From Bacteriovoracia bacterium (lineage in GTDB: Bacteria; Bdellovibrionota; UBA1018; JBFWNL01), in assembly GCA_050251055.1 (NCBI GenBank), contig JBFWNL010000001.1:757055-821054 (forward strand): a DNA stretch of 64,000 nucleotides, given 5' to 3'. The notes beneath the pieces were generated by a model that was not told where the DNA came from, searched no databases, and saw only the letters and a list, made by a program, of their open reading frames with translations. The translations under genes and the position numbers were made by a program. Position 1 is the stretch's first letter. Each line of letters opens with the position of its first letter. Shown here in pieces: positions 29,084 to 37,490 of this stretch.

Positions 29084-30739
29084 ATGAACCTAAGCAGGCT
29101 ATTCGTCGTTTCCGTCTGTCTGAGCCTAAGTACGGCATTCGCGCAGGCCAACCCCCCGAAGTCGATCTTCAAGCCCTCGGACGATATTATCGGCATCATC
29201 AACTCGCTTCCCGGCATGTTCGCCGACAACGCGTTCGACGCCGATACCTGCGCGCCCACGCTACAGAAGGTGGTCGACTACTTCAGCGGTCTACGCGCCA
29301 CCTCGCCGGCCATGATCCAGCACCGCGACGAGCTGCTCGAGCAGCATGACCAAATCGTGAACCGGCTGTGGCTGAGCCGCGTTTCGCTGCGCGATCGCAT
29401 CCGAGCCCTGTATCTCGACGGCAGCTTCACCGCCAACTCGGGCGCCTGCGCGAACGGCCTACGCAACTACACGCGCGTGATCCGCCACGCGGAAGAGTTT
29501 CTGATTGGCATCTTCTATAAGGACGCGAAAGTCCCACCCCACTTCGGCGGCGAGGCCCCATCGCTCATGCTCAACCCTAAGTTCGAAGTCGAGTACGACC
29601 GCCAGCACCCGGAGAAAAACTTCCGGTCCGGCGATATCGTGCTTTCCCGCGGCGGCACCAGCATCTCGGCCACCATCGCGCGCATCTCGAAATACGATCA
29701 GCAGTTCTCGCACATCATCCTCGTGTATCGCGATCCGCAGACCGGCCAGGCGTACACGATCGAAGCCCACATCGAGGACGGAGTCACCGTCGCCCCGATC
29801 AAGAAAATGCTGGGCGCCAACACGGGACGGGTCACCCTCTTCCGGCATCCCGACGCCGACCTCGCGCATCGTGCGGCTGAATTCATGTATCGGCTCGCCA
29901 AGCGCCGTCAGGATATGGGCGTGAACATCCGTTACGGCTTCAACATGGTGCTCGAAGACTACTTCAGCCGCCTTCCCGGTCCCGACGCCGTCACCCAGGA
30001 CGACCTGCACGCCATGTTTTGCCCCGTCGTGATCCGCGACGGCTACGCTTTCGCGTCCCAGCACCAGTTGATGGTCCCGATGTTCCAAAGCGAGCTCGGT
30101 TTCCGCAACAATCGCTCGGTGCTCGACGCCCTGGGCATCCAGGTCACGCATACCTTTGCCCCCGCCGACATCGAGGCCGATCCACGCTTTGAAATGGTGG
30201 CCGACTGGCGGCAGACCGACAAGATCGAAGACATGCACCAGATGGACGCGACCCTCACCAAGGTCTTCGAATGGGTGAACAAGTACAACTATACGTTCCG
30301 ACCGGAAGCGAGCGGGCAGTCAGACATGGCGCTCTTCGGCCTTTGGGTGCGCCAGAACGTGCCCGCGCTGGATATCTTCGGCGTAGTGAAAGATAAGATG
30401 CCCCCCTACATGACGCGCTCCCAAGCGGCCATCGTCGGCGTGATCAACTCCGTCGTCGGTAGCGTGCGGGACGACTTGGTTAAAAAAGAAGACGCTTACA
30501 TCGCCGTCCAGAAGAAGGCCTGGAAGAAGCTAAAACCTCGCCCGGCCGAGTTCGTGCCCATGCCGATGACTTTTCGCGAGCGGTTGGATGCCCTCGACGA
30601 CGTACGCGAGGAAGACCTCAAGCGTCACCGCGAGTTCACGAATGCGCCGTTTGACCCGGACGGATACGGCCCGACGGTCTCGCACTTCCACCGCCAAATC
30701 CGCGCGGAAGACGAGCCACCGCTGCGCAAGCAGAAGTAA
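29084..30739 (+). CDS. Secreted permuted papain-like (YiiX/YebB, NlpC/P60) amidase
   Basis: RSGDIVLSRG, FSH (His) before MFCP (Cys), IEAHIEDG, FAPADIEADPRF. Confidence 0.8.
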   Translation: MNLSRLFVVSVCLSLSTAFAQANPPKSIFKPSDDIIGIINSLPGMFADNAFDADTCAPTLQKVVDYFSGLRATSPAMIQHRDELLEQHDQIVNRLWLSRVSLRDRIRALYLDGSFTANSGACANGLRNYTRVIRHAEEFLIGIFYKDAKVPPHFGGEAPSLMLNPKFEVEYDRQHPEKNFRSGDIVLSRGGTSISATIARISKYDQQFSHIILVYRDPQTGQAYTIEAHIEDGVTVAPIKKMLGANTGRVTLFRHPDADLAHRAAEFMYRLAKRRQDMGVNIRYGFNMVLEDYFSRLPGPDAVTQDDLHAMFCPVVIRDGYAFASQHQLMVPMFQSELGFRNNRSVLDALGIQVTHTFAPADIEADPRFEMVADWRQTDKIEDMHQMDATLTKVFEWVNKYNYTFRPEASGQSDMALFGLWVRQNVPALDIFGVVKDKMPPYMTRSQAAIVGVINSVVGSVRDDLVKKEDAYIAVQKKAWKKLKPRPAEFVPMPMTFRERLDALDDVREEDLKRHREFTNAPFDPDGYGPTVSHFHRQIRAEDEPPLRKQK

Positions 30740-30742
30740 CGG

Positions 30743-31558
30743 CTATTTGCCTTTGCCTTTTTTCTTGTCGACGGAAGTTCCGCCCGTCACATAAAAGGCG
30801 GTCGCGAAGGCCTGCTTGCTGCGCACGCGATCGAGCGCCTCGAACATGCCTTCGTTGAAGAGCGTGACGGTGACGTCGCCCAATTCTTTATCCAAATCAA
30901 CGGCACCATCGAAGCGAACATAGTAGGAGTCCGGCGTGTTGAAAGTACCGTACTGGTTTTTCACCGCGGCCGAATAGTCGGCATCGAGACAGGCCACGTC
31001 GAAATTCAGATAAACCCCAGCGTAGCTGCCTGGCTCGTATGCGCCTCTCCCCAGTAAAGTGTCGCCCTTGGGCAAAAATAGGTCTGCGTCCTCTCCCCGG
31101 TTCTCATAGATCCGCGGCCCTAGATCGGCGGGGGCGTTCAAAACGACGCCTTCGATCGCACTAAAATCAGTGGTATCGCTCAACAGAGGCCGCTCACCGG
31201 GCGGCGGCGTGGGAATTCCCGGAGGGTTCTGGACGTTCCCGCCGTCGGACGAGCGAGCGTTAGCGCCCAACCCGTGGTGGGAAAACCCCAAGGTGGAGTT
31301 ATCCAAAGACGGCGTGGCGTCGACCGAGTGCGTGCGCCAGTAGATCCCTTTCAAGCAGACAAAGGGCTCGAAGATCTTGCCGGCCGCATTCATGTATTGG
31401 CGATTGATATAGAAATCGACCGTCGCCAAATCCCCCGTGATCGTGCCGCCGCCCGTCTTCACCACATCGCGCGGAGCGCACCCGGGTTGCGCGAGCGCGA
31501 AGGTCGCGACGAGCGCAAAGACAAAAAGTTTTTGAAATAGGCCCGGCCCCCGATTCAT
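30743..31558 (-). CDS. Hypothetical lipoprotein
   Basis: Hydrophobic N-terminus followed by PGC; beta-rich body. Confidence 0.6.
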   Translation of the reverse strand: MNRGPGLFQKLFVFALVATFALAQPGCAPRDVVKTGGGTITGDLATVDFYINRQYMNAAGKIFEPFVCLKGIYWRTHSVDATPSLDNSTLGFSHHGLGANARSSDGGNVQNPPGIPTPPPGERPLLSDTTDFSAIEGVVLNAPADLGPRIYENRGEDADLFLPKGDTLLGRGAYEPGSYAGVYLNFDVACLDADYSAAVKNQYGTFNTPDSYYVRFDGAVDLDKELGDVTVTLFNEGMFEALDRVRSKQAFATAFYVTGGTSVDKKKGKGK

Positions 31559-31652
31559 CTCTTTAATTATAGCGGTTTGCTTCGGGGAGATGGTTAAGTC
31601 CGGAGAAAAATCTTGTAGTCAAAATCCGGGAGGGTCGAGCGCGACACGGACG

Positions 31653-32705
31653 CTAGCGCGCTTCAAAAACCTTCAATACGTCGATAAAAATACCATATCC
31701 ACTAACGCTGGCAATCGGCCCGCCTTGGGTCAACGTGCCGGTCACGCTATCGAGGAAAAATCCCGTAATCTGCCCGCCCCCATCCACCCACGCCCGCTGA
31801 TGCCAGCGATCGTACGCCATTCGGGTGTTCGCGACGGAAACCAGGTCCATTAGCCGTAAGTCTCCGGAGTTTAGATCCATGCGATAAATCTCGAGCGTAC
31901 TGAGCGTCTGCAACAGCAGTAGCTGTTCACCGGGGTGCCAATGCAAGGAGATGACAGCCGCACCAACTGGGGCGACCGTACCCAGGCGACTCAAAGCGCC
32001 GCCCTCTAATATCCGATGGAAGCCGATTCGATTGGAAACCTTTGAATAGAGATATCCACCTTGGGGATGGATGCTCGAGGCCTCCAAGTAACTCTGGCCT
32101 TCCGCACCGAGGAGTGCTTGCTCGGCCAAAGCCCCCGAAGCCGGATCGAAGGAAAAGTGCCGGATGCCGCCAGAACGACCAAAGTAGAGTTCCCGCGCAT
32201 CATCCGAGGACACGATGGAAAAATAGGATGAATCGGCATCCACCGCCCGAGACACCAACAGGGAAAGAGCCCCCGACGCGTCGACCCGGTACACTTCCAG
32301 CACCGATCCCCCGAAATCCGCCTCCGCCACAAATAATAAACTCCCGGATCGATCAAAGAGAATGCGATTGGGATTTTTCGTTAGCGAGCTTACCCCGATA
32401 TCCAGCGCGGCTAACGCACCCGACGCCGCCTCTATCCGGGCCGCCAATATACCTGGAGAACCCGTCGCGACATAAACGATCGGCAAGGTGGGATGGACCG
32501 CGGTCGCCAGGGGTTGGGCAGTGATCGACAAGCGGGAAGCCCGAACCAACCCTCCTCCGGAGTCCATGCCGTAGGTTTCGATTTCCCCGGTAATGCCAGA
32601 GGTAACGACCCGAACCACGTAAAAATGCTCGCGAACCGCGTGATGAAAGCCCGCCGAACATCCCACGATCGATAGCCCAAGCCATAAGCCCCAAAGGTTC
32701 CGCAA
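31653..32705 (-). CDS. Beta-propeller (lactonase-like) lipoprotein
   Basis: IVGC lipobox; repeated blades HPTLPIVYV, DRSGSLLFV, HPQGGYLY; TTG start just after the upstream stop. Confidence 0.7.
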   Translation of the reverse strand: MRNLWGLWLGLSIVGCSAGFHHAVREHFYVVRVVTSGITGEIETYGMDSGGGLVRASRLSITAQPLATAVHPTLPIVYVATGSPGILAARIEAASGALAALDIGVSSLTKNPNRILFDRSGSLLFVAEADFGGSVLEVYRVDASGALSLLVSRAVDADSSYFSIVSSDDARELYFGRSGGIRHFSFDPASGALAEQALLGAEGQSYLEASSIHPQGGYLYSKVSNRIGFHRILEGGALSRLGTVAPVGAAVISLHWHPGEQLLLLQTLSTLEIYRMDLNSGDLRLMDLVSVANTRMAYDRWHQRAWVDGGGQITGFFLDSVTGTLTQGGPIASVSGYGIFIDVLKVFEAR

Positions 32706-32706
32706 T

Positions 32707-33576
32707 TTACTCGGCCCCCCCGCCCGCGGTGGGAAACGCGGCAAAGCTCAGGTGATAGACCCGATCGCGCGACTCATTCGCTTCCGTTACCGCCCGGATT
32801 TTTTCCACCGCTTCATCCACGATGGCCCGAACCTGGTCGTACACCTCTTGGTTCACGCCGATCGTATAGCTACGGAACATGCGTTGCTCGCGCGGCACGG
32901 TGTTGAATGCGTCGGCGGCCATGCCCAGCATCGTTTTGTGGAACTCGGACAACGCCAGGCGGTACACTCCGCCCACGGCCTTCACATGCTTTCCTTCCGG
33001 AAAGCCCGCGCCCTTCCCCAAAGGTGCAATGTAGTCGTGATCGAGTAAGAACTTCAGCGCCAGCTTGATTTCCCGTAATGGGACTTGGGTCTTGAGACGT
33101 TTCTGGATCCAGTTCGCGTCGAGCTTGAATCCCTGTAGACCCGCCATCTCGCGGATCGTCACGTAATACCATTTGCTAAGATAGCGATAGGTCTCGAACT
33201 CATTCGGGTTGAGCTTGCGGTAGGTCCGGAAATTCTGGATAGCCTGGTAGGCCCCTTGCTTCTCAAACTCGCTCTGGCTTTCGGCGAGCGTCCTTAGCGC
33301 GCGCAGATAGTTGGCTTCCGCCGGCGCCAGCTCCATGTGCGGGATCATTTTTTCCAGCACTTCCACATGCAAGGCCCGCGTGCCGTTCAGGATAAAGGGC
33401 AGGAAGGCGTGGGACATGTCCGCCCGTTTCGCGAACTTCCGAAGCGACAACTTCTCCACCTGCTTCTTATAAGCGAACCAAGCCTTCAGATATTCTCGCA
33501 GGTCGTGGAAGAGATGAATATCCGGCGCGGCGGTGGCCGAAACGGGTTGGTTGGAGGTAGTTTTAGCGTCGCTCAT
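32707..33576 (-). CDS. TIGR02147/DUF4423-family HTH protein
   Basis: DLREYL..SLRKFAKRA..ILNGTR HTH; WYYVTIREM; FHKTML..A..VPREQR; VYHLSFAAFP; SD GAAGGAG. Confidence 0.85.
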   Translation of the reverse strand: MSDAKTTSNQPVSATAAPDIHLFHDLREYLKAWFAYKKQVEKLSLRKFAKRADMSHAFLPFILNGTRALHVEVLEKMIPHMELAPAEANYLRALRTLAESQSEFEKQGAYQAIQNFRTYRKLNPNEFETYRYLSKWYYVTIREMAGLQGFKLDANWIQKRLKTQVPLREIKLALKFLLDHDYIAPLGKGAGFPEGKHVKAVGGVYRLALSEFHKTMLGMAADAFNTVPREQRMFRSYTIGVNQEVYDQVRAIVDEAVEKIRAVTEANESRDRVYHLSFAAFPTAGGGAE

Positions 33577-33619
33577 CTCTCCTTCATTGTAAGTGCCGAA
33601 CAACTCGGGGTCAAATTTA

Positions 33620-33726
33620 TTGACTACAAATATAAAACATATAAAAATAAGTAATTAATAAATATTTGTTATTATTAAATAATTATAAAATTTTACATAT
33701 TTTTGTCTACAAATTAAAAACATATA
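33620..33726. repeat. Imperfect 24-bp direct repeat in a very AT-rich divergent intergenic region
   Basis: TTGACTACAAATATAAAACATATA (33620-33643) vs TTGTCTACAAATTAAAAACATATA (33703-33726), 21/24 identical. Confidence 0.75.
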
Positions 33727-33815
33727 TTTGACTTTGACTCATTGCGTTGATATTCTGGTCGTGTATCGGGGATCTGAAAAAAAACAAACCAGGGGTGGTT
33801 TCAGAGGGGGCACGA

Positions 33816-34232
33816 ATGAAGAACTTAGGATGGATCGCGAGCCTTGTCATTGGCTGCATGTTTTCGATCACCAACTCGACCCAAGCCAGCGATTGCAGCA
33901 AAGCATACGACCAGTGCATGCAACGCGCACAAGAAGACTTCGACCGGATCATGAGAAACTGCGGCAACGGCACCTCCGATCAACAGTGGATGTGCCTGCG
34001 GAGAGCACGCACAGGGTATTGTACGGCTTCGGCGTTTTGCCGCGTCCGCTTAGTGGGTTGCAGTATAAATCCCACCGACCCCGATCAGGTTGTCAAACCC
34101 GACGTGATACAGATCTGGAACGCCTGCCAAAAAAATCCAGACCCAGGACCGCAAACCGTATCCGAACTCAATCTGAATCTGGACACCCAAGCCATCGAAG
34201 CGCTGAACAACACAGCTTACGAAACTCGGTAA
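33816..34232 (+). CDS. Small secreted Cys-rich protein
   Basis: SD GAGGGGG, signal peptide ending TQA, 8 Cys in the mature part. Confidence 0.7.
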   Translation: MKNLGWIASLVIGCMFSITNSTQASDCSKAYDQCMQRAQEDFDRIMRNCGNGTSDQQWMCLRRARTGYCTASAFCRVRLVGCSINPTDPDQVVKPDVIQIWNACQKNPDPGPQTVSELNLNLDTQAIEALNNTAYETR

Positions 34233-34308
34233 TCGATCTATCTACGAGGGGGCAAAATGAAAAACGGAAGACCAGACAGAGAAGAATAAAAGTTTCGGCA
34301 CCCAATAA

Positions 34309-34366
34309 TGCGCCGGGATCGGGTTTACGCCTTATTCCCTACCTAAACGACCACGGTCCCGGCGCA
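34309..34366. repeat. Intergenic hairpin (13-bp stem with one G:T)
   Basis: TGCGCCGGGATCG (34309-34321) / CGGTCCCGGCGCA (34354-34366). Confidence 0.75.
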
Positions 34367-34404
34367 ACTCAACTCAGAAACAGGTCAAAACCAAAGGAGA
34401 CGAT

Positions 34405-34908
34405 ATGCAATTTAAATGGAGAACTAGCGTGATCGGATTCGCCCTGCCTTTATTCATCGGCCATCTACCCAATGCCTACGCCGTGGTTGCCGTTAACACC
34501 GACAGCTGCAAAGAAACGTCGATTGAAGAAATTCTATCGGAATGCAAGGGCCTCTCGCGAAACGAACCCGACACCAAGCGCATTCGTCATTTATATGGGT
34601 CACTCTGCAACGAAGTCAGAAACGCATTAGAAACTAGTTCGATGTGTTTAGAAATAGAAGACATCTTCGCGTTAGTCGCCTGCAAAGAAGTCTGCGACTA
34701 TTACGGAGAACGAATTCGCAGGCAGGACGAGAGCCGTCAGCAGAGCCAAATCAGGGAAGAAAACCACCAAGAGATCCTTGATAAACAGCAATTTCTACTT
34801 TGCCAGCAATACGACACCCACACTCCGCAGGGTAAAGCCGACTATTGCGCAAACTGTGAACGCGTCACCAATCCCATTATCTTTCGCGAGATATGCGGCG
34901 GAAGGTAA
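34405..34908 (+). CDS. Secreted Cys-rich protein
   Basis: SD AAGGAG, signal peptide ending AYA, 10 Cys including CxxxC and CxxC. Confidence 0.7.
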   Translation: MQFKWRTSVIGFALPLFIGHLPNAYAVVAVNTDSCKETSIEEILSECKGLSRNEPDTKRIRHLYGSLCNEVRNALETSSMCLEIEDIFALVACKEVCDYYGERIRRQDESRQQSQIREENHQEILDKQQFLLCQQYDTHTPQGKADYCANCERVTNPIIFREICGGR

Positions 34909-34918
34909 CAGAATAGTT

Positions 34919-34962
34919 CGCTCGTCGGTGGATCATAATCCGTTGGTTTCCACCGACGAGCG
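34919..34962. repeat. Intergenic hairpin (14-bp perfect stem)
   Basis: CGCTCGTCGGTGGA (34919-34932) / TCCACCGACGAGCG (34949-34962). Confidence 0.8.
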
Positions 34963-34996
34963 GCAAATTCAATACTTAATGAAAGTAGAGGGCCAT

Positions 34997-36769
34997 ATGA
35001 AACAGCTAAGCATTTTTATCATCACGACCACCTTCCTATTGGGATGCGCGCAGTCCCCAGGGGACGCCGACCTTCGGGCGAGTAAATCTCGCAGCTTAAG
35101 CCACCAACAGATTACAAGCGCCACAACCCCCTCTACACCGACCACTCCCGCCGACGCCTTCGCGGACGTGAAACGAAGCGTGGTGATTCGCTGGACATAC
35201 ACGGATCCCGCCACCGAAATCACCCGCGTGTTCGATCTGGGAACCGTCGCTCAAGCCGAATTCGATGAGATCGTTGGCGAATTCGGCCATCTGCGGCAGG
35301 CCGCCGAGGCCGCCTACAACCAGTCGGTCTCGGAAGTCGTCGGCCTCTTTGACGGCTTGAGCGTCGACTGGGCTAACCCTAACAGCACGCTCAGTACACT
35401 ACAGCGCGACACGCTTGCCAACGTGTTAAAGCAAGCGGAAGGCCGCCAGCTTCAACTTTGGTTTGACCTCAATGGACGAGGATTCTACGGATCTCCTGCC
35501 AATACGGCGACCGGCGTCCACCGCATCCAGCTGACCCGAGCCAACTCCTACCGTACGCTTCGTGGCTTGTTCCTTCACGAGTCCGGTCACATGTATGCCT
35601 GGGCCATGGGCCTGCCGTTCAGTGATCTGTTCGCCAGAGATGTGGTTATCCACAATCGCGCTCAAGTCCTTCTGGCGAGTGAAACCTGGGCCAATCTCGT
35701 CAGTGAAGATCTGCGTGGCCTCAGCGCAGAAGTACGACTCGAGAAAGCGCTCGCGAAGACCTACGCGACCTACGGACCAGAAATTGCGGTGGCAATCGGC
35801 GGGAGCGTCACTTCGAGCGAGTGGACTCGCTTTGTCTCCTACTTTCCCGAGTTTGAGCGGCTGAACCCGTTTCAAAAGTTTGACCTTATCATCCGTATGG
35901 CTCAGCAAGGAAAGCGTTTTTCGAGCCATCTATTGGCGGCGGATTCGAACCCGGGAAATCGTGCGATCGCCCAACGCATCTTTAACGAAGTGATGGAAGA
36001 TCGGGGCACGACGGGCAAATTCCTGATCGCACTATACGAAGGATCCGAGCTTTCGGCCGAAGAGGCGGCCACCCTCGTGGCGCGAGCCAGGGCCAATGGG
36101 CTATGGCGGGGCATGAACTCAGGCTCACACCTGAACCAAGCGATCCGAAACAATCACGCTGCGCGCTCGGTCGCCCGCATTTCCGCCCGCCCGAATCCCG
36201 TATTCCGCTCCGCGCGCGTGATCGGATTTACCGTACTGAATGGATTTTTCGCTTATCGCGATTTCCGTCGAGCGCACGAGACGATGATGACCGAAGACTA
36301 CATAAATTCTTCGATCCTCGCGATTGCCAGCTTCGTCCCGCATCCACTGGCTTTCTGGTTCACCATCAACCTCGTCGCAGGAAACATCATCGCCGAATAT
36401 GCGATCATTCCAGAAATCGAAGCCGAAGCCCAGGCCCACGAAAATCGGGAAAATTTCTTCGCGGTGGCCAATCAGCTTTTTTACCACGAGGTGAAGCAGG
36501 TTCGACAAGCGATCGACGCGTTCTTGGCGGGACAGATTAGCCAGACGGAGATGGATCGGCGCATCGCCGCTACCACCATCGGCCAAACATCCATGGATAC
36601 GATGGAAGCCATTCACTTCATGGCGAACGTTGGCCTTGGACAGGAATTTGCCAACTACGTCGCGCGCCATCCAATTCGATCGCGCTGGAGCTTCGGAGGA
36701 AAACCATGCTTCAAGCCGAGCTATGAAGGGCAATCGCTTAACCCAAGCCTAGAGTGTTGGCTCGACTAA
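34997..36769 (+). CDS. Lipoprotein with zincin-like HExxH motif and hydrophobic C-terminal helices
   Basis: MKQ..FLLGC lipobox; LFLHESGHMYA plus downstream ETWAN; hydrophobic ILAIASFVPHPLAFWFTINLVAGNII. Confidence 0.65.
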   Translation: MKQLSIFIITTTFLLGCAQSPGDADLRASKSRSLSHQQITSATTPSTPTTPADAFADVKRSVVIRWTYTDPATEITRVFDLGTVAQAEFDEIVGEFGHLRQAAEAAYNQSVSEVVGLFDGLSVDWANPNSTLSTLQRDTLANVLKQAEGRQLQLWFDLNGRGFYGSPANTATGVHRIQLTRANSYRTLRGLFLHESGHMYAWAMGLPFSDLFARDVVIHNRAQVLLASETWANLVSEDLRGLSAEVRLEKALAKTYATYGPEIAVAIGGSVTSSEWTRFVSYFPEFERLNPFQKFDLIIRMAQQGKRFSSHLLAADSNPGNRAIAQRIFNEVMEDRGTTGKFLIALYEGSELSAEEAATLVARARANGLWRGMNSGSHLNQAIRNNHAARSVARISARPNPVFRSARVIGFTVLNGFFAYRDFRRAHETMMTEDYINSSILAIASFVPHPLAFWFTINLVAGNIIAEYAIIPEIEAEAQAHENRENFFAVANQLFYHEVKQVRQAIDAFLAGQISQTEMDRRIAATTIGQTSMDTMEAIHFMANVGLGQEFANYVARHPIRSRWSFGGKPCFKPSYEGQSLNPSLECWLD

Positions 36770-36894
36770 GGCGGATAACTCGAGGTGAGGCCCGAGCGCG
36801 GCAGTCCGCAGCCTCTGGCAAGATTGGTAACTCATTTTTTCCAGGGTCACGGGGTGGTACATCGGCCCAGAAGTCACCCGAAGCCTGGAGAATA

Positions 36895-36956
36895 GCGGGA
36901 CCAAAACCGGGATAACAAGTAAGTCCCTATCCCTAGTACCTCGGTTTTGGTCCCGC
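36895..36956. repeat. Intergenic hairpin (15-bp perfect stem)
   Basis: GCGGGACCAAAACCG (36895-36909) / CGGTTTTGGTCCCGC (36942-36956). Confidence 0.8.
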
Positions 36957-37036
36957 GATTTTGAGAGTGGGAGTTGATTTTAATGCAACGCGTTGATACA
37001 ATTAAAACTGGGGATCAGGCCAGGCACGGGGGTATC

Positions 37037-37459
37037 TTGAAAAAATCCTATATTTTTCTGTGGGTTATCTTAGCCTTGGGCACTTCTCCATCCATAGGTT
37101 TTGCCGCCCAGGCATCCAATCCGGGGCCAGGCCCGAGTCCAAGCCCAAGTGGAGAGCCCCCCAAAGACGACGGCAAGAACGGAGACAAGGACGAAAAAGC
37201 CGACGCATCCACGCCGAAAGCCTGCCGCGAACTTGCTTCCCGCCTGAGCTGTGGTCCACGCAAGACCTGCCACCTCGACGTGGCAAACTGCCTCGCCGGT
37301 CGCGAGATCGACGCAAAGGACGGAGAAACTGGAACCGAAAAAGGCGAAAGCAAACTCGAACAACCGCTCGAAACGAACCGGGGCGACGTTTACAATGTGC
37401 AGTCGACAGGGTCAATCGACCGGGGACTGGCGGGCGACGGCCGCTTCGAGGCGAACTAG
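37037..37459 (+). CDS. Small secreted hypothetical protein (Pro/Gly linker, 4 Cys)
   Basis: TTG start, signal peptide KKSYIFLWVILALG..GFA. Confidence 0.55.
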   Translation: MKKSYIFLWVILALGTSPSIGFAAQASNPGPGPSPSPSGEPPKDDGKNGDKDEKADASTPKACRELASRLSCGPRKTCHLDVANCLAGREIDAKDGETGTEKGESKLEQPLETNRGDVYNVQSTGSIDRGLAGDGRFEAN

Positions 37460-37490
37460 CGTCGCGGGCGTGCCCCCCTCAAGGGCGCCA

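Noticed and set aside
34900-34980. Integron attC interpretation of the cassette hairpins (TAAC overlaps the stop at 34906)
   Set aside because: No matching GTTRRRY right end, the other hairpins lack RYYYAAC/GTTRRRY boxes, and no IntI is present
34778-34996. N-terminal extension of the 663-aa ORF
   Set aside because: Runs through the upstream gene and a hairpin; ATG 34997 has an SD-like sequence and a lipobox
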